From the NCBI GenBank assembly GCA_963715795.1, contig OY970275.1, positions 1,067,643 through 1,131,642 on the forward strand: a stretch of 64,000 nucleotides of DNA, given 5' to 3'. Of this stretch, positions 48,037 through 58,394 are shown one piece after another. Source of the stretch: an uncultured Acidobacteriota bacterium (GTDB taxonomy: Bacteria; Acidobacteriota; Terriglobia; Acidiferrales; UBA7541). Numbering within the stretch: position 1 is the stretch's first letter; every line of letters begins with the position of its first letter. Below the pieces are notes generated by a model that was not told the DNA's origin, searched no databases, and saw only the letters and a program-made list of their open reading frames with translations. The position numbers and the translations under genes are program-made.

Positions 48037-48687
48037 ATGGCCAATCCGTTTCGCGACATGTCGGTGTTCATGCAGGGCCTGGTAGCCGTGGCCATCGCGG
48101 TGGTTGTGCTGCTGTTGGGGGTTTACATCCCGCTGTCGCCGGTGGCGCAAGAGCGCGATGCGGTCGATAAGGCGGTTCAGGACCGCACCCGGCTTAACCA
48201 GGAAGTGACGCAATTGCAGGTCTACAGACAACGTTACGGCGAACTGAAACAGCAGATGGACGCGCTCTCCAAACAACTGGACACGCTGAAGACCATCGTG
48301 CCGGAAGAAAAAGAGACCGATGAATTCATCCGGCTGCTGCAGGGAGCGGCGAGCGCTTCGGACGTGCAACTTCGGTCGCTGACGGCGGAAGCCATCGTGC
48401 CTCGCGAGTTTCACTACGACATGCCGTTCCAGATACAGGCGGATGGCGCGTACTTTAACCTCATGGACTTTTTCGGGCGTCTGGGCAGGCTGTCACGCAT
48501 TATCAATGTGGGTGATCTGGAATTTGATTCGCCCGATACTGCCAAAGGGACGAAATATCCGATAAGGCCGGGGACCACGGTCTCGGCGGTGTTTACGGCA
48601 ACGACTTTCTTTACCAAACCGGCAGACGCAGGGGAAGGCTCCGCACCTGGGGCCAAGTCCGCGATCAAGCCGGTTAGGAAACCCTGA
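48037..48687 (+). CDS. pilO: Type IV pilus assembly protein PilO
   Basis: It has a TM helix, a coiled coil and a PilO-like C-terminus (DEFIRLLQGAAS...F.I...G.Y..L..F), in the expected operon position. Confidence 0.8.
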   Translation: MANPFRDMSVFMQGLVAVAIAVVVLLLGVYIPLSPVAQERDAVDKAVQDRTRLNQEVTQLQVYRQRYGELKQQMDALSKQLDTLKTIVPEEKETDEFIRLLQGAASASDVQLRSLTAEAIVPREFHYDMPFQIQADGAYFNLMDFFGRLGRLSRIINVGDLEFDSPDTAKGTKYPIRPGTTVSAVFTATTFFTKPADAGEGSAPGAKSAIKPVRKP

Positions 48688-48704
48688 GCGGGAATGAGCG
48701 ATCT

Positions 48705-49316
48705 ATGCGTTCAGCACTAACTCTCGTACTAGGGATTTTGCTCGCGGTAGCCGCACCTGGACTGCGCGCGCAAGCCACACCGGCGTCTCCTGCTGGCGCG
48801 AAACCTTCGCCACGGGAACCTGGTAGGGCGGCGCGGCACGGACGAAGGTCCGCAAGGCCGGCGGCGGCGAAACGCGAAGCAAACCCCGCAGCAAGAAGAA
48901 CGGCTCAGGCTTCCGAGCCTGCCAAGCCTGTCGAAACGGCGATAAATCCGGACGCTGCCGCAGCGGGTCCGGATGAAAAAGTCGCGCGGCGCGATCCCTT
49001 CGAGTCCCTGGTTAGCCGCCAGCAGGCGCAGGCAAACGCGGCGAAGAATCTTCCGCCCGGCAAGGCCGGTCTGCAGGTGAGCACGCTGCGGCTCGACGGC
49101 ATCGTGAAGGCGCCCAATGGGATGATCGCTGTCGTCAGCAATCCCCAGGCACATACCTATTTTCTCCGAGAGGGCGACCAGTTGTATGACGGCCGCGTGG
49201 ACAAGATTGCGATGGATGGCGTTTCCTTCAATGAAGTCGGCAAGGATGCTTTTGGAAAACCTGTGGAACGCCTGGTAAACAAGAGAATTTACTCCAGTGC
49301 AGGAGAACAGCAATGA
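48705..49316 (+). CDS. pilP: PilP-like pilus assembly lipoprotein or secreted protein
   Basis: It has a signal peptide, a low-complexity linker and a PilP-like beta domain (LRLDGIVKAPNGMIAVVSNPQAHTYFLREGDQLYDGRVDKI). Its stop overlaps the pilQ start. Confidence 0.65.
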   Translation: MRSALTLVLGILLAVAAPGLRAQATPASPAGAKPSPREPGRAARHGRRSARPAAAKREANPAARRTAQASEPAKPVETAINPDAAAAGPDEKVARRDPFESLVSRQQAQANAAKNLPPGKAGLQVSTLRLDGIVKAPNGMIAVVSNPQAHTYFLREGDQLYDGRVDKIAMDGVSFNEVGKDAFGKPVERLVNKRIYSSAGEQQ

Positions 49317-51364
49317 AGACGAATTGGCCCGCCTTTCGGTGTGGCTTCCTGATCCTTACGAGCGCGGTTCTGGGCGCGAGCCCGGTCCTCGCCCAGACGC
49401 AGGAACCCGCCGGCGCGACCGCGACTTCCGCGGTGATCTCAAGCGTGGCGATTACGCAAGCGCCGCAACGCGCCAGTGTGCGTGTGGAAGGCGAAGGGCG
49501 GCTCGACGTCCATGCCTTACGTATGCAGAATCCAGAGCGGCTGGTGCTCGATTTCTCCGGCGCGCGGCTGGCGGTCGATAAGACGGTGATTCCAGGCGGG
49601 GCGGAACCCGTTCGCGACGTGCGGCTCGGCCAATACCGGCCCAATGTAGCACGCGTGGTCGTGGACCTGAGCAGCATGCCCGGCTACCAGATTTCCCGAG
49701 ATGGCGAAGCTGTGGTGGTTCTTTTTGACGAACAACCGCAAGCTCCGAGCGCATCTCCCTCGAACCCGCAAACCCTGGCGGCGCGGGAAAGCTCGAATGA
49801 CCACGCCGGATTCGTATACCGTGCGTCGGCGCCGCTCGTGAATGCGCGGCCTTCAAAGGCTTTACAGATTGCAGCTCCTCGTTTCGCGTTGCCCGGCGAA
49901 CTGACCCAGCCCTCAGTTTCCTTGGCATCGTTTGGCGGGGAGCATTCCACGGCCAGTACGGCCACGGCGCTGGAAGCGAATCAGCAAGCGGCGCAGCAGT
50001 CAGCGGAAGCTGCGAACACACTGGCGGCATCCTCTCCTGCGCAAACGCAAACAACGCCGTCCGGAGCTCCCGTTCCTACAAAGTACACGGGCGAGCCGAT
50101 CTCGGTAAACCTGAAAGACGTTGATCTGCGGGACTTCTTCCGGTTGATTCACGAAATCAGCGGATTGAACGTGGTTTTGGATCCTGCCGTGAAGGGATCC
50201 CTGACGATCGTTCTCGATGAAGTGCCGTGGGACCAGGCGCTCGATATCGTGCTGCAGAACAATGGCCTCGACAAACAGCTCAATGGAAACGTTTTGCGCA
50301 TCGCCACCCATGACACCTTGAGGAAAGAGGCGGAGTCCAAGCGCGACCTCGAAAAGGCGGAGTCGGAAGCGATTGCACCGGTCACCACTACTCGCGTGTT
50401 GAACTACGCCAAGGCTTCCACGATGGCCGCAACGCTCAAGAAATTTCTCAGCCCGCGCGGCGATATCCTCGCGGACGACCGTTCCAACCAACTTATCATT
50501 CGCGATATTCCGTCGAGCTTCCCGACAATTGACAATCTGATCCATCAGCTGGACCGCAAGTCCCAGCAGGTAGAAATCGAAGCGCGCGTCATCTCGGCAT
50601 CTCGTTCCTTCGCTTCCGACCTGGGCACGGAACTTGGATTTTCTGGTGCAAGCACCACCTTGCATAACCAGAACCTGTTTGGCGGAGCGCCGCAAGTCGG
50701 CGTCAGCCCCGGGCCGACCACCACAACGCCGGTTCCTCCGCTCATCGCGGTTCCCACGAGTTCGACCAGCGGCGGTCCGCAGAGTGGTATCCCGCTGGCC
50801 ACCAGCCTTGGGGCAGGCGTTCCGACGGCCGGCGTGGGCTATTCGTTCAGGTCACCGAACTTCGCATTGGACTTCTACATCACGGCCGCGGAAGCCAAAG
50901 GTGTTGGCAAGCTGCTCTCGAAGCCGCGAATCGTGACGCAGAACAATGAAAAGGCGGTCATCAAGCAGGGCGTGAAGTTGCCCATTCAGACGACCATCAA
51001 CAACACGATTTCCGTGCAATTCATCGACGCCGTGTTGCAACTGGAAGTGACGCCGCAAATCACGGCCGAGGGCACCATCTTCATGGACGTTCTCGTGGAA
51101 AACACCCAGATCGATCAAGGTATCCCGCGCGTGCAGGGCATTCCGGCTTTGGATACGCAGTCCGCGCAGACCAAAGTGCTCGTGCCCGACGGCGGAACGG
51201 TGGTGATTGGCGGAATCATCGTCAATACACAGAATACGAACATCCAGGAAGTTCCCATCGTGGGCAGCCTGCCGCTTATTGGCAATCTTTTCAAGCGGAC
51301 GACAATCTCCGTCCAATCGCAGGAGTTGCTGTTCTTCCTGACGCCGCGAATTATCCCCGGGTAA
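49313..51364 (+). CDS. pilQ: Type IV pilus secretin PilQ (AMIN domain plus secretin)
   Basis: It has an AMIN-like region (RVEGEGRLDVHALRMQNPERLVLDFSGARL) and a secretin C-terminus (VPDGGTVVIGGI, VPIVGSLPLIGNLFK). Confidence 0.9.
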   Translation: MKTNWPAFRCGFLILTSAVLGASPVLAQTQEPAGATATSAVISSVAITQAPQRASVRVEGEGRLDVHALRMQNPERLVLDFSGARLAVDKTVIPGGAEPVRDVRLGQYRPNVARVVVDLSSMPGYQISRDGEAVVVLFDEQPQAPSASPSNPQTLAARESSNDHAGFVYRASAPLVNARPSKALQIAAPRFALPGELTQPSVSLASFGGEHSTASTATALEANQQAAQQSAEAANTLAASSPAQTQTTPSGAPVPTKYTGEPISVNLKDVDLRDFFRLIHEISGLNVVLDPAVKGSLTIVLDEVPWDQALDIVLQNNGLDKQLNGNVLRIATHDTLRKEAESKRDLEKAESEAIAPVTTTRVLNYAKASTMAATLKKFLSPRGDILADDRSNQLIIRDIPSSFPTIDNLIHQLDRKSQQVEIEARVISASRSFASDLGTELGFSGASTTLHNQNLFGGAPQVGVSPGPTTTTPVPPLIAVPTSSTSGGPQSGIPLATSLGAGVPTAGVGYSFRSPNFALDFYITAAEAKGVGKLLSKPRIVTQNNEKAVIKQGVKLPIQTTINNTISVQFIDAVLQLEVTPQITAEGTIFMDVLVENTQIDQGIPRVQGIPALDTQSAQTKVLVPDGGTVVIGGIIVNTQNTNIQEVPIVGSLPLIGNLFKRTTISVQSQELLFFLTPRIIPG

Positions 51365-51395
51365 TTCGGGTCAAAACATCTTAAACTGAGGACGA

Positions 51396-51430
51396 AAACG
51401 AGGAGACTCCGGTCTCCTCGTTTTGTTTCT
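51396..51430 (+). terminator. Rho-independent terminator after pilQ
   Basis: The stem is aaacgaggagac / gtctcctcgttt with a tccg loop, followed by a ttttgtttct tail. Confidence 0.7.
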
Positions 51431-51437
51431 ATCTCGA

Positions 51438-52520
51438 ATGGGCTTACCTTTCCAAGAACGGCGGCGGAAACTCGCCCGGCTAATTGATCGTGCAAAGCTA
51501 GGCGCTCTGCTCGTCACGCACCCGACGAACTGGTATTACCTCACGGGCTTCACGGGAGAAGCCGGAGCGCTTCTCGTGCAAAAGGGAGGAACGACTCTTA
51601 TTTCCGATGGGCGTTTCACCACCCAGGCGCGCCAGGAAGCGCCCTCGATTCGATTTATGGAGCAAAAGGGCTCTTTAATGGAGTTCACCGGACGAGTGCT
51701 ACGCGAGTCGGCCGTCAAGCGAGTAGGGTTCGACGGCTCCCAAATCTCCGTGGCGCAGCTCGGGCTGCTGCGCAAAGGGACAGGGCAGCGTACAAAGTGG
51801 ATGCCGGCTCCCGGACTGGTGGAAGCCGTTCGCATCCAAAAAGAGCCGGGAGAACTCGACTGCATGCGCAAGGCGGCCATTCTGGCGGGCGACGTCCTGA
51901 CCGGCGCGCTCAAGCTGCTGAAGCCTGGGGTCACTGAAAACGAAGTCGCGGCTGAGATCGAATACCAGATGAGGCGCGGCGGCGCTTCCGGGCCAGCCTT
52001 CGAGACGATCGTGGCGTTCGGCGAGCGTTCCGCCTTGCCGCATGCCAGGCCCACCGCCAAACGCTTGAAGAAAAATGAGTTGGTGGTACTAGACCTGGGT
52101 GTTATACTCGCGCACTATTGCAGCGACATTACGCGGACGGTCTTTGTCGGTCGGGCTCCCGCGCGTGTAAGGACATGGTATAAGGCCGTTCTGGAAGCGC
52201 AGGCTGCCGCAATAGGGGCAGTAAAAGCAGGGGCAAGCTGCGGGGATGTGGATGCTGCGGCGCGGCAGGTTCTTGCGGGCTACCGTTTGGACCGGCAATT
52301 CACTCATAGCACGGGGCACGGTCTAGGCCTGGAAGTTCACGAGGATCCGCGAGTGGCGCGGGGGCAGACCACTCGGTTAGAATCGGGATTCGTCGTCACC
52401 ATCGAACCTGGGGTCTACATGGCTGGAGTGGGGGGAATCCGGATCGAAGACGATGTTGCCGTGCATCCAGAAAAAACGGAAGTACTGACCCGCATACCGC
52501 GGGATCTCATCGAGCTTTGA
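51438..52520 (+). CDS. Xaa-Pro aminopeptidase/dipeptidase (M24B family)
   Basis: M24 metal-ligand motifs are present: VVLDLG, HSTGHGLGLEVHE, VTIEPG, IRIEDD. I preferred the ATG at 51438 because the TTG at 51423 lies inside the terminator tail. Confidence 0.85.
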   Translation: MGLPFQERRRKLARLIDRAKLGALLVTHPTNWYYLTGFTGEAGALLVQKGGTTLISDGRFTTQARQEAPSIRFMEQKGSLMEFTGRVLRESAVKRVGFDGSQISVAQLGLLRKGTGQRTKWMPAPGLVEAVRIQKEPGELDCMRKAAILAGDVLTGALKLLKPGVTENEVAAEIEYQMRRGGASGPAFETIVAFGERSALPHARPTAKRLKKNELVVLDLGVILAHYCSDITRTVFVGRAPARVRTWYKAVLEAQAAAIGAVKAGASCGDVDAAARQVLAGYRLDRQFTHSTGHGLGLEVHEDPRVARGQTTRLESGFVVTIEPGVYMAGVGGIRIEDDVAVHPEKTEVLTRIPRDLIEL

Positions 52521-52527
52521 CAAAGGC

Positions 52528-53064
52528 ATGAAACGCAAACAGCCCTCGAAAGCAACGGAAAGCTCTTCCATCGCAAGTCCCGAAATCCAGCAAATCGAGC
52601 AACTCCTCCGCTTTATGACCGAGCACAACCTGGAGGAGTTTGAGTACTCGAGGGGGGACCTGCGTATCCGTCTGAAAAAACCGTCGGCGGGCGTGGCCAT
52701 GATGCCGCGTTCGCTGGGAGTGCCCGAGATTATCGTGCCGGGCGTGGAGCAGAGGCAGCTAGCCGCGGCGCAGAGCTCCCCGGCACCGGCGCCTGAACCG
52801 CGGGCGACGGAAGACTTGCACCTGGTGAAGTCGCCCATCGTGGGCACCTATTACGAAGCTCCCAGCCCCGGCGCCGAAGCTTTCGTGAAAATCGGCGTGC
52901 ATGTCGAGTCCGGGCAAACCCTTTGCATCGTGGAAGCCATGAAGCTGATGAACGAAATCGAGTCGGACGAAAGCGGCGAACTGATACGCATATTTGTCGA
53001 AAACGGGCAGCCCGTGGAATACGGCCAGCCGCTCTTCGGCGTCCGTCCCAGCCGGAAGAGGTAG
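52528..53064 (+). CDS. accB: Acetyl-CoA carboxylase biotin carboxyl carrier protein
   Basis: It has the biotinylation motif VEAMKLMNEIE and lies upstream of accC. Confidence 0.9.
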   Translation: MKRKQPSKATESSSIASPEIQQIEQLLRFMTEHNLEEFEYSRGDLRIRLKKPSAGVAMMPRSLGVPEIIVPGVEQRQLAAAQSSPAPAPEPRATEDLHLVKSPIVGTYYEAPSPGAEAFVKIGVHVESGQTLCIVEAMKLMNEIESDESGELIRIFVENGQPVEYGQPLFGVRPSRKR

Positions 53065-53079
53065 CCGACACCTGAAGCC

Positions 53080-54429
53080 ATGTTCCAGAAAATCCTAGTA
53101 GCCAATCGCGGAGAAATCGCGTTGCGGGTCATCTGTGCCTGCAAAGAGTTGGGCATTTCCACGGTCGCGGTGTATTCCGAGGCGGACCGAAATTCGCTGC
53201 ACGTGCGTTTTGCCGACGAAGCCGTGTGCATCGGGCCTCCGCGTAGCGCGGAAAGCTATCTGAACATTCCCCAGGTGATTAGCGCCGCGGAAATTACCAA
53301 TGTGGACGCCATCCACCCCGGCTATGGGTTTCTCTCGGAAAACGCCAACTTCGCGAAGGTTTGCGAGGCCTCCGAAATCACGTTTATAGGCCCGACTCCC
53401 GAAGTGATCGAGATGATGGGAGAAAAAGACCGTGCGCGCCGAGAGATGAAAGCCCTGGGCGTGCCAACCGTCCCCGGAAGCGAAGGCGTCGTTGAAGGCG
53501 AAGACCAACTCGCCAAAGAAGCCAAAAGGCTGGGTTATCCCCTCATTCTGAAGGCCTCCGCGGGCGGCGGCGGGCGGGGAATGCGGGTGGTACACAAGCA
53601 GGAAGATTTGCTGGTTGCTTATGAGACGGCGCGAAGTGAGGCGCAACAGGCCTTCGGAACGCCGGACGTCTATGCGGAGAAGTTCCTCGAGCATCCGCGC
53701 CATATTGAATTTCAGGTGCTCGGAGACCAGCACGGCAAAGTGATCCACCTGGGCGAGCGCGAGTGCAGCATCCAGCGGCGCCATCAGAAACTGGTCGAGG
53801 AATCGCCCTCGCCCGTCATGGATGCGAAGCGGCGAAAGGATCTCGGATCTAAGGTTGTGCGCGCGCTCGAAAAAGTCGGCTACACGAACGCCGGCACGGT
53901 CGAGTTCCTGATGGACCAGGATGGTTCCATCTATTTCATCGAGATGAATGCGCGCATTCAAGTCGAGCATCCCGTCACGGAGCTGGTCACCGGCGTGGAC
54001 CTGATCAAGGCGCAGATTCGCATTGCGGCAGGCGAAGGGCTGGACAACGCCGTCGGCGAAATGAATTTTTCCGGGCACGCCATCGAGTGCCGTATCAATG
54101 CCGAGGATCCCGAGACGTTTGTGCCGTCCGCGGGGCGCATCACAACGTTTCAGGCGCCGGGCGGTACGGGCGTGCGCGTGGATTCGGCGGCCTACACCGA
54201 CGCTGTCATCCCGCCTTACTACGATTCCATGATCGCGAAGCTGATTGTCAAAGGCCGGGACCGCGCCGAAGCCATCGGCCGGATGAAGCGGGCGCTCGAG
54301 ATGTTTGTCATCGAAGGAATCAAGACTTCGATTCCTCTGCACCGGCGCATTTTTGCGGATGCGGAATTCGCCGAAGGCCGCTTCGATACGCACTTCATTG
54401 AAAGGCTTCTAGGAACAAACGGAAAATAA
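53080..54429 (+). CDS. accC: Acetyl-CoA carboxylase biotin carboxylase subunit
   Basis: Motifs present: [17 protein letters not shown], an ATP-grasp region ([10 protein letters not shown]) and [14 protein letters not shown]. Confidence 0.95.
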   Translation: MFQKILVANRGEIALRVICACKELGISTVAVYSEADRNSLHVRFADEAVCIGPPRSAESYLNIPQVISAAEITNVDAIHPGYGFLSENANFAKVCEASEITFIGPTPEVIEMMGEKDRARREMKALGVPTVPGSEGVVEGEDQLAKEAKRLGYPLILKASAGGGGRGMRVVHKQEDLLVAYETARSEAQQAFGTPDVYAEKFLEHPRHIEFQVLGDQHGKVIHLGERECSIQRRHQKLVEESPSPVMDAKRRKDLGSKVVRALEKVGYTNAGTVEFLMDQDGSIYFIEMNARIQVEHPVTELVTGVDLIKAQIRIAAGEGLDNAVGEMNFSGHAIECRINAEDPETFVPSAGRITTFQAPGGTGVRVDSAAYTDAVIPPYYDSMIAKLIVKGRDRAEAIGRMKRALEMFVIEGIKTSIPLHRRIFADAEFAEGRFDTHFIERLLGTNGK

Positions 54430-54435
54430 GTTTCT

Positions 54436-55080
54436 ATGCGCCTTGTCCTCCCCAGGCTGTATGTGATACTAGACGCTGCGTTGATTACTTTTCCCGAAAG
54501 AGATTGCGCGTTGAGTCTGGCCGAGGCTGGAGTTCGTCTGCTCCAGTACCGCAACAAGTCCGCGCCGGCGCGCCAGTATCTCGATTCCTCGCGCCAATTG
54601 GCGGAGCTACTTGACTCGCTCGGAGTGACCTTTTTCGTGAATGACCGTCCCGATATCGCGTTTTTGGCGGGCGCAAATGGCGTGCACGTCGGGCAAGAAG
54701 ATTTGGACGTGGAACAAGCGCGCCGTATCGCTGGCCACGACAAGCTGGTCGGCGTTTCCACCCACAACATCGAGCAATTCGAGCGCGCGGCAGCGAGTTC
54801 CGCGGACTACGTCGCCGTGGGGCCCGTTTTCCCGACATCCTCGAAAGCAAATCCCGACCCGGTGGTGGGCTTGGATTTTCTTCGCAAGGTTCGAGGCTTG
54901 ACGGAGAAGCCGCTGGTGGCCATCGGCGGAATCACGTTGGAGCGCGCCGCCTCGGCCGTCGAGGCCGGCGCCGATTCCGTCGCTGTGATTAGCGGCATTC
55001 TAAACTCGGCCGACCCCGGCCAGCGCGCGCGCGAGTACAACCAGGCGCTTGCAGGCGCCAGGCGTGCGGCAACCATCTGA
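54436..55080 (+). CDS. thiE: Thiamine-phosphate synthase
   Basis: ThiE-like pattern: LYVILD, LQYRNK, FVNDRPDIA, GVHVGQEDL, GVSTH, YVAVGPVFPT. Confidence 0.8.
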   Translation: MRLVLPRLYVILDAALITFPERDCALSLAEAGVRLLQYRNKSAPARQYLDSSRQLAELLDSLGVTFFVNDRPDIAFLAGANGVHVGQEDLDVEQARRIAGHDKLVGVSTHNIEQFERAAASSADYVAVGPVFPTSSKANPDPVVGLDFLRKVRGLTEKPLVAIGGITLERAASAVEAGADSVAVISGILNSADPGQRAREYNQALAGARRAATI

Positions 55081-55091
55081 GGCGCTTGCGA

Positions 55092-56648
55092 ATGGCCGAA
55101 ACCACGCTTCCTCTCCCGCAAAGCACCCCTAAAAATGAGCCCGGCTTTGTCCGCGCCATCGGCTTGTTTGACGGCACCATGATCGTCGTCGGCTCGATGA
55201 TCGGCTCCGGCATCTTCATCGTCGCGGCGGACATCTCGCGCCAGACTGCTTCCTCCGGCGGTTTGCTGCTGACCTGGATCATCACGGGAGTGCTGACGAT
55301 TTCGGCTGCGCTTTCGTATGGCGAGCTTGCCGCACTCTTCCCTCATGCCGGCGGCCAGTACGTCTATTTGCGCGAAGCCTATTCGCCGCTCTGGGGATTT
55401 CTGTACGGGTGGACTTTGTTTCTGGTCATTCAAACCGGAACGATCGCCGCGGTCGCCGTGGGTTTCGCAAAGTACCTCGGAGTGTTGTTTCCGGCCATCT
55501 CGCCGACGACCTGGATCATTCCCCCGATCGCTCTGGGTTCCCGCTTCGCCATCAGCCTCTCGATTCAGCAACTCGTGGGCATTTTGATGATTGCTTTGCT
55601 CACGTTTCTCAACACCCTCGGCGTGCGCCTCGGCAAATGGATTCAAAACGTTTTCACCAGCGCAAAAACCTTGTCCCTGGTGGGTTTGATTGTTCTGGGC
55701 ATTTTCGTAGGAAGAAATGCGGCCGCGATTTCCGCCAACTTTTCCCATCTCTGGGCCCTTAGCGCGCCGCGGCCCATCGAGCCAGGCGCCAATTTTCTGC
55801 GCGGCTGGGTTCCGACGGTTACGGCCGCCAGCGGCTTCTTCGGTTTGATCGTGGCCTTCGGCGTGGCGCAGGTAGGCTCGCTCTTTTCGGCGGACGCCTG
55901 GAACAACATCGGTTTCACCGCCGCGGAAGTCAAGAATCCCAAGCGCGACGTGGCCCTTTCGATGGCCTTTGGCACGTGCATCGTCATAACGCTCTATTGC
56001 CTCGCCAATCTCGCGTATCTATTTGTCCTGCCGCTCTCGCAAATTCAGACTGCGCCCGACGATCGCGTCGCGACGGCTGCTCTGAACGGAATTTTTGGCG
56101 CTCCGGGAGCGGCCATCATGGCCGTTGCCATCATCATCTCGACCTTCGGCTGCAACAACGGGCTGATTCTTGCCGGAGCTCGCGTCTCCTACGCCATGGC
56201 GCGCGATGGTCTCTTTTTCCGTTCCACCGGAAAACTGAGCAAACGGGGCGTGCCACAAAGCGCGCTGATGTATCAAGGGATTTGGGTCGTCGTGCTGATT
56301 CTGCTGCGTACGCGCCAGGTGGACGATTCGGGCGCCGTCAGGTTTGGCAACTTGTACAGCGATTTGCTGAATTACGTGGTCTTCGCGGTCTTGCTGTTCT
56401 ATGTGCTGACGATTGTTGGAATTTTTGTATTGCGGCGAAAGCGCCCCGATGCGGACCGGCCTTACCGGGCGTTCGGCTATCCCTTCGTGCCGCTGCTGTA
56501 CATCGTCGCGGCGACCATCATCATGATTGTGCTTCTTCTGTATCAAACGCTGACGGCGGGCGGCGGGCTGGTCATCGTGCTGTTGGGCCTCCCGGTGTAC
56601 TGGCTGTGGTCGAGACGCTCCAGTCCGGCGGCGCGGGCCAACGAGTAA
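55092..56648 (+). CDS. APC superfamily amino acid permease
   Basis: It has about 12 predicted TM segments and the N-terminal motif GTMIVVGSMIGSGIF. I placed the start at the ATG at 55092. Confidence 0.8.
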   Translation: MAETTLPLPQSTPKNEPGFVRAIGLFDGTMIVVGSMIGSGIFIVAADISRQTASSGGLLLTWIITGVLTISAALSYGELAALFPHAGGQYVYLREAYSPLWGFLYGWTLFLVIQTGTIAAVAVGFAKYLGVLFPAISPTTWIIPPIALGSRFAISLSIQQLVGILMIALLTFLNTLGVRLGKWIQNVFTSAKTLSLVGLIVLGIFVGRNAAAISANFSHLWALSAPRPIEPGANFLRGWVPTVTAASGFFGLIVAFGVAQVGSLFSADAWNNIGFTAAEVKNPKRDVALSMAFGTCIVITLYCLANLAYLFVLPLSQIQTAPDDRVATAALNGIFGAPGAAIMAVAIIISTFGCNNGLILAGARVSYAMARDGLFFRSTGKLSKRGVPQSALMYQGIWVVVLILLRTRQVDDSGAVRFGNLYSDLLNYVVFAVLLFYVLTIVGIFVLRRKRPDADRPYRAFGYPFVPLLYIVAATIIMIVLLLYQTLTAGGGLVIVLLGLPVYWLWSRRSSPAARANE

Positions 56649-56662
56649 ATCTTGAAATTTTC

Positions 56663-56694
56663 TTGTAGGGGCGCAGCATGCTGCGCCCCTACAA
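56663..56694. repeat. Perfect 32-nt palindrome ttgtaggggcgcagca|tgctgcgcccctacaa (REP-like)
   Basis: The two halves are exact reverse complements by direct reading. It lies in the gap between the two permease genes. Confidence 0.9.
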
Positions 56695-56759
56695 TGTGCA
56701 GAACCAAATTGGCAGCCGGCAGCGGAACCCGGGGTAATCCCCCGTGGAGGAGGAGTTGC

Positions 56760-58286
56760 ATGGGCAACCCCTTGTTCGAGACGAAGTCGATGACCACGCT
56801 GATGAAGGAAGCCGGGGCGACCGGCGAGCACAGCCTCAAGCGCGCGCTCGGCCCCGTCAACCTGATCACACTGGGAATTGGCGCCATCATCGGAGCCGGC
56901 ATCTTCGTCATCACGGGCTCGGCCGCAGCGCTCTACGCCGGGCCGGCCATCATGCTCTCCTACATATTCGCCGGAGTCGGCTGCCTCTTTGCCGGACTGT
57001 GCTACGCGGAATTTGCGTCCATGATTCCGATCGCCGGCTCGGCGTATACCTACGCCTATGCGACTCTCGGAGAGCTCGTAGCCTGGATCATCGGCTGGGA
57101 TTTGATTTTGGAGTATGCGTTCGGCGCCGCCACGGTAGCCAGCGGCTGGAGCAGCACGCTGGTGGCGTTCTTGCAGGATTATGGAATCAATCTGCCTCCG
57201 CAAATCTGCGATGTGCCCGGTGCGAAGTGGGTTTTCTACGACGGGCGCTGGGCGCCGCTCAACACCTTGGCCCTGACCACCGCGCAGCAGTCCGGCCTTC
57301 ACACGGTCACCGCCAGGTTCAATTTGCTCGCGTTCCTGGCAATGCTCGCGGTCACCACCTTGCTGATCATCGGCATCAAAGAATCGGCGAACTTCAATAC
57401 CGGCGTCGTTTTTGTGAAGCTTACGGCCGTGCTGGTGTTCATCGCCGTCGCGGGCGCTTTCGTTCTCAAGCATCCCGCCATTGCGCACGCCAATTGGAAG
57501 GTTTTCATCCCGCCCAACACCGGAAGCTTTGGCTCGTTTGGATGGTCGGGCATCTTGCGAGGCGCGGGCGTTGTGTTCTTTGCCTATATAGGTTTTGACG
57601 CGGTTTCGACCGCAGCGCAAGAAGCAAAGAATCCTAAGCGGGATATGCCTATCGGCATTCTCGGCTCCTTGGTGGTTTGCACCATTTTGTATCTGCTTGT
57701 CTCCGGCCTGCTGACGGCCACCGTGCACTACACCCGGTTGAACATCGGCGCTCCCGTATCTCTCGGCATCCGCGAGACCGGCGTAAAGTGGGGCAGCTAC
57801 GTTGTGAATGCGGGCGCGCTGGCCGGATTGAGCACCGTCATGCTGGTCATGATGCTCGGTCAATCGCGCGTCTTCTACTCGATGGCAAACGACGGATTGC
57901 TCTGGAAATGGGCGAGCGACATCCATCCCCGCTTCCGCACCCCTTGGAAGTCCACAGCCATTGTTGGAGTTTGCGTCGCGTTTGTGGGTGCGCTGGTACC
58001 CATTGGCGATCTCGGCCAGCTCGTCAGCATCGGCACGCTTCTCGCCTTCGTCATCGTTTGCGCGGGCGTGTGGGTCCTGCGCGTGCACCGCCCCGAGCTA
58101 GTGCGGCCTTTCAAGACGCCATGGGTTCCTGTCGTTCCGATCCTGGGCATTCTCGTTTCCCTGAGCTTGATGGCCGGGCTTAAAGAGGTCACCTGGATAC
58201 GATTGATCGTGTGGCTCATCATCGGCTTGGTGGTTTATTTCACGTATAGCGTGAAACACAGCCGCGTTCGCAACGCTCCGAATTAG
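56760..58286 (+). CDS. Amino acid permease (APC superfamily, cationic amino acid transporter-like)
   Basis: Motifs present: LGPVNLITLGIGAIIGAGIFV, with multiple TM segments. The ATG at 56760 is preceded by ggaggaggag. Confidence 0.8.
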   Translation: MGNPLFETKSMTTLMKEAGATGEHSLKRALGPVNLITLGIGAIIGAGIFVITGSAAALYAGPAIMLSYIFAGVGCLFAGLCYAEFASMIPIAGSAYTYAYATLGELVAWIIGWDLILEYAFGAATVASGWSSTLVAFLQDYGINLPPQICDVPGAKWVFYDGRWAPLNTLALTTAQQSGLHTVTARFNLLAFLAMLAVTTLLIIGIKESANFNTGVVFVKLTAVLVFIAVAGAFVLKHPAIAHANWKVFIPPNTGSFGSFGWSGILRGAGVVFFAYIGFDAVSTAAQEAKNPKRDMPIGILGSLVVCTILYLLVSGLLTATVHYTRLNIGAPVSLGIRETGVKWGSYVVNAGALAGLSTVMLVMMLGQSRVFYSMANDGLLWKWASDIHPRFRTPWKSTAIVGVCVAFVGALVPIGDLGQLVSIGTLLAFVIVCAGVWVLRVHRPELVRPFKTPWVPVVPILGILVSLSLMAGLKEVTWIRLIVWLIIGLVVYFTYSVKHSRVRNAPN

Positions 58287-58394
58287 GTCTTGATAAACGG
58301 AGAGCGCGAAGGCTGCGCCCGACTCCTTCCGTGCGTTTGTCCTGCGCGCGTGAGACTTCTTCAGGTAAAGTAGTATTTCTCTCTCGATCCTTCG

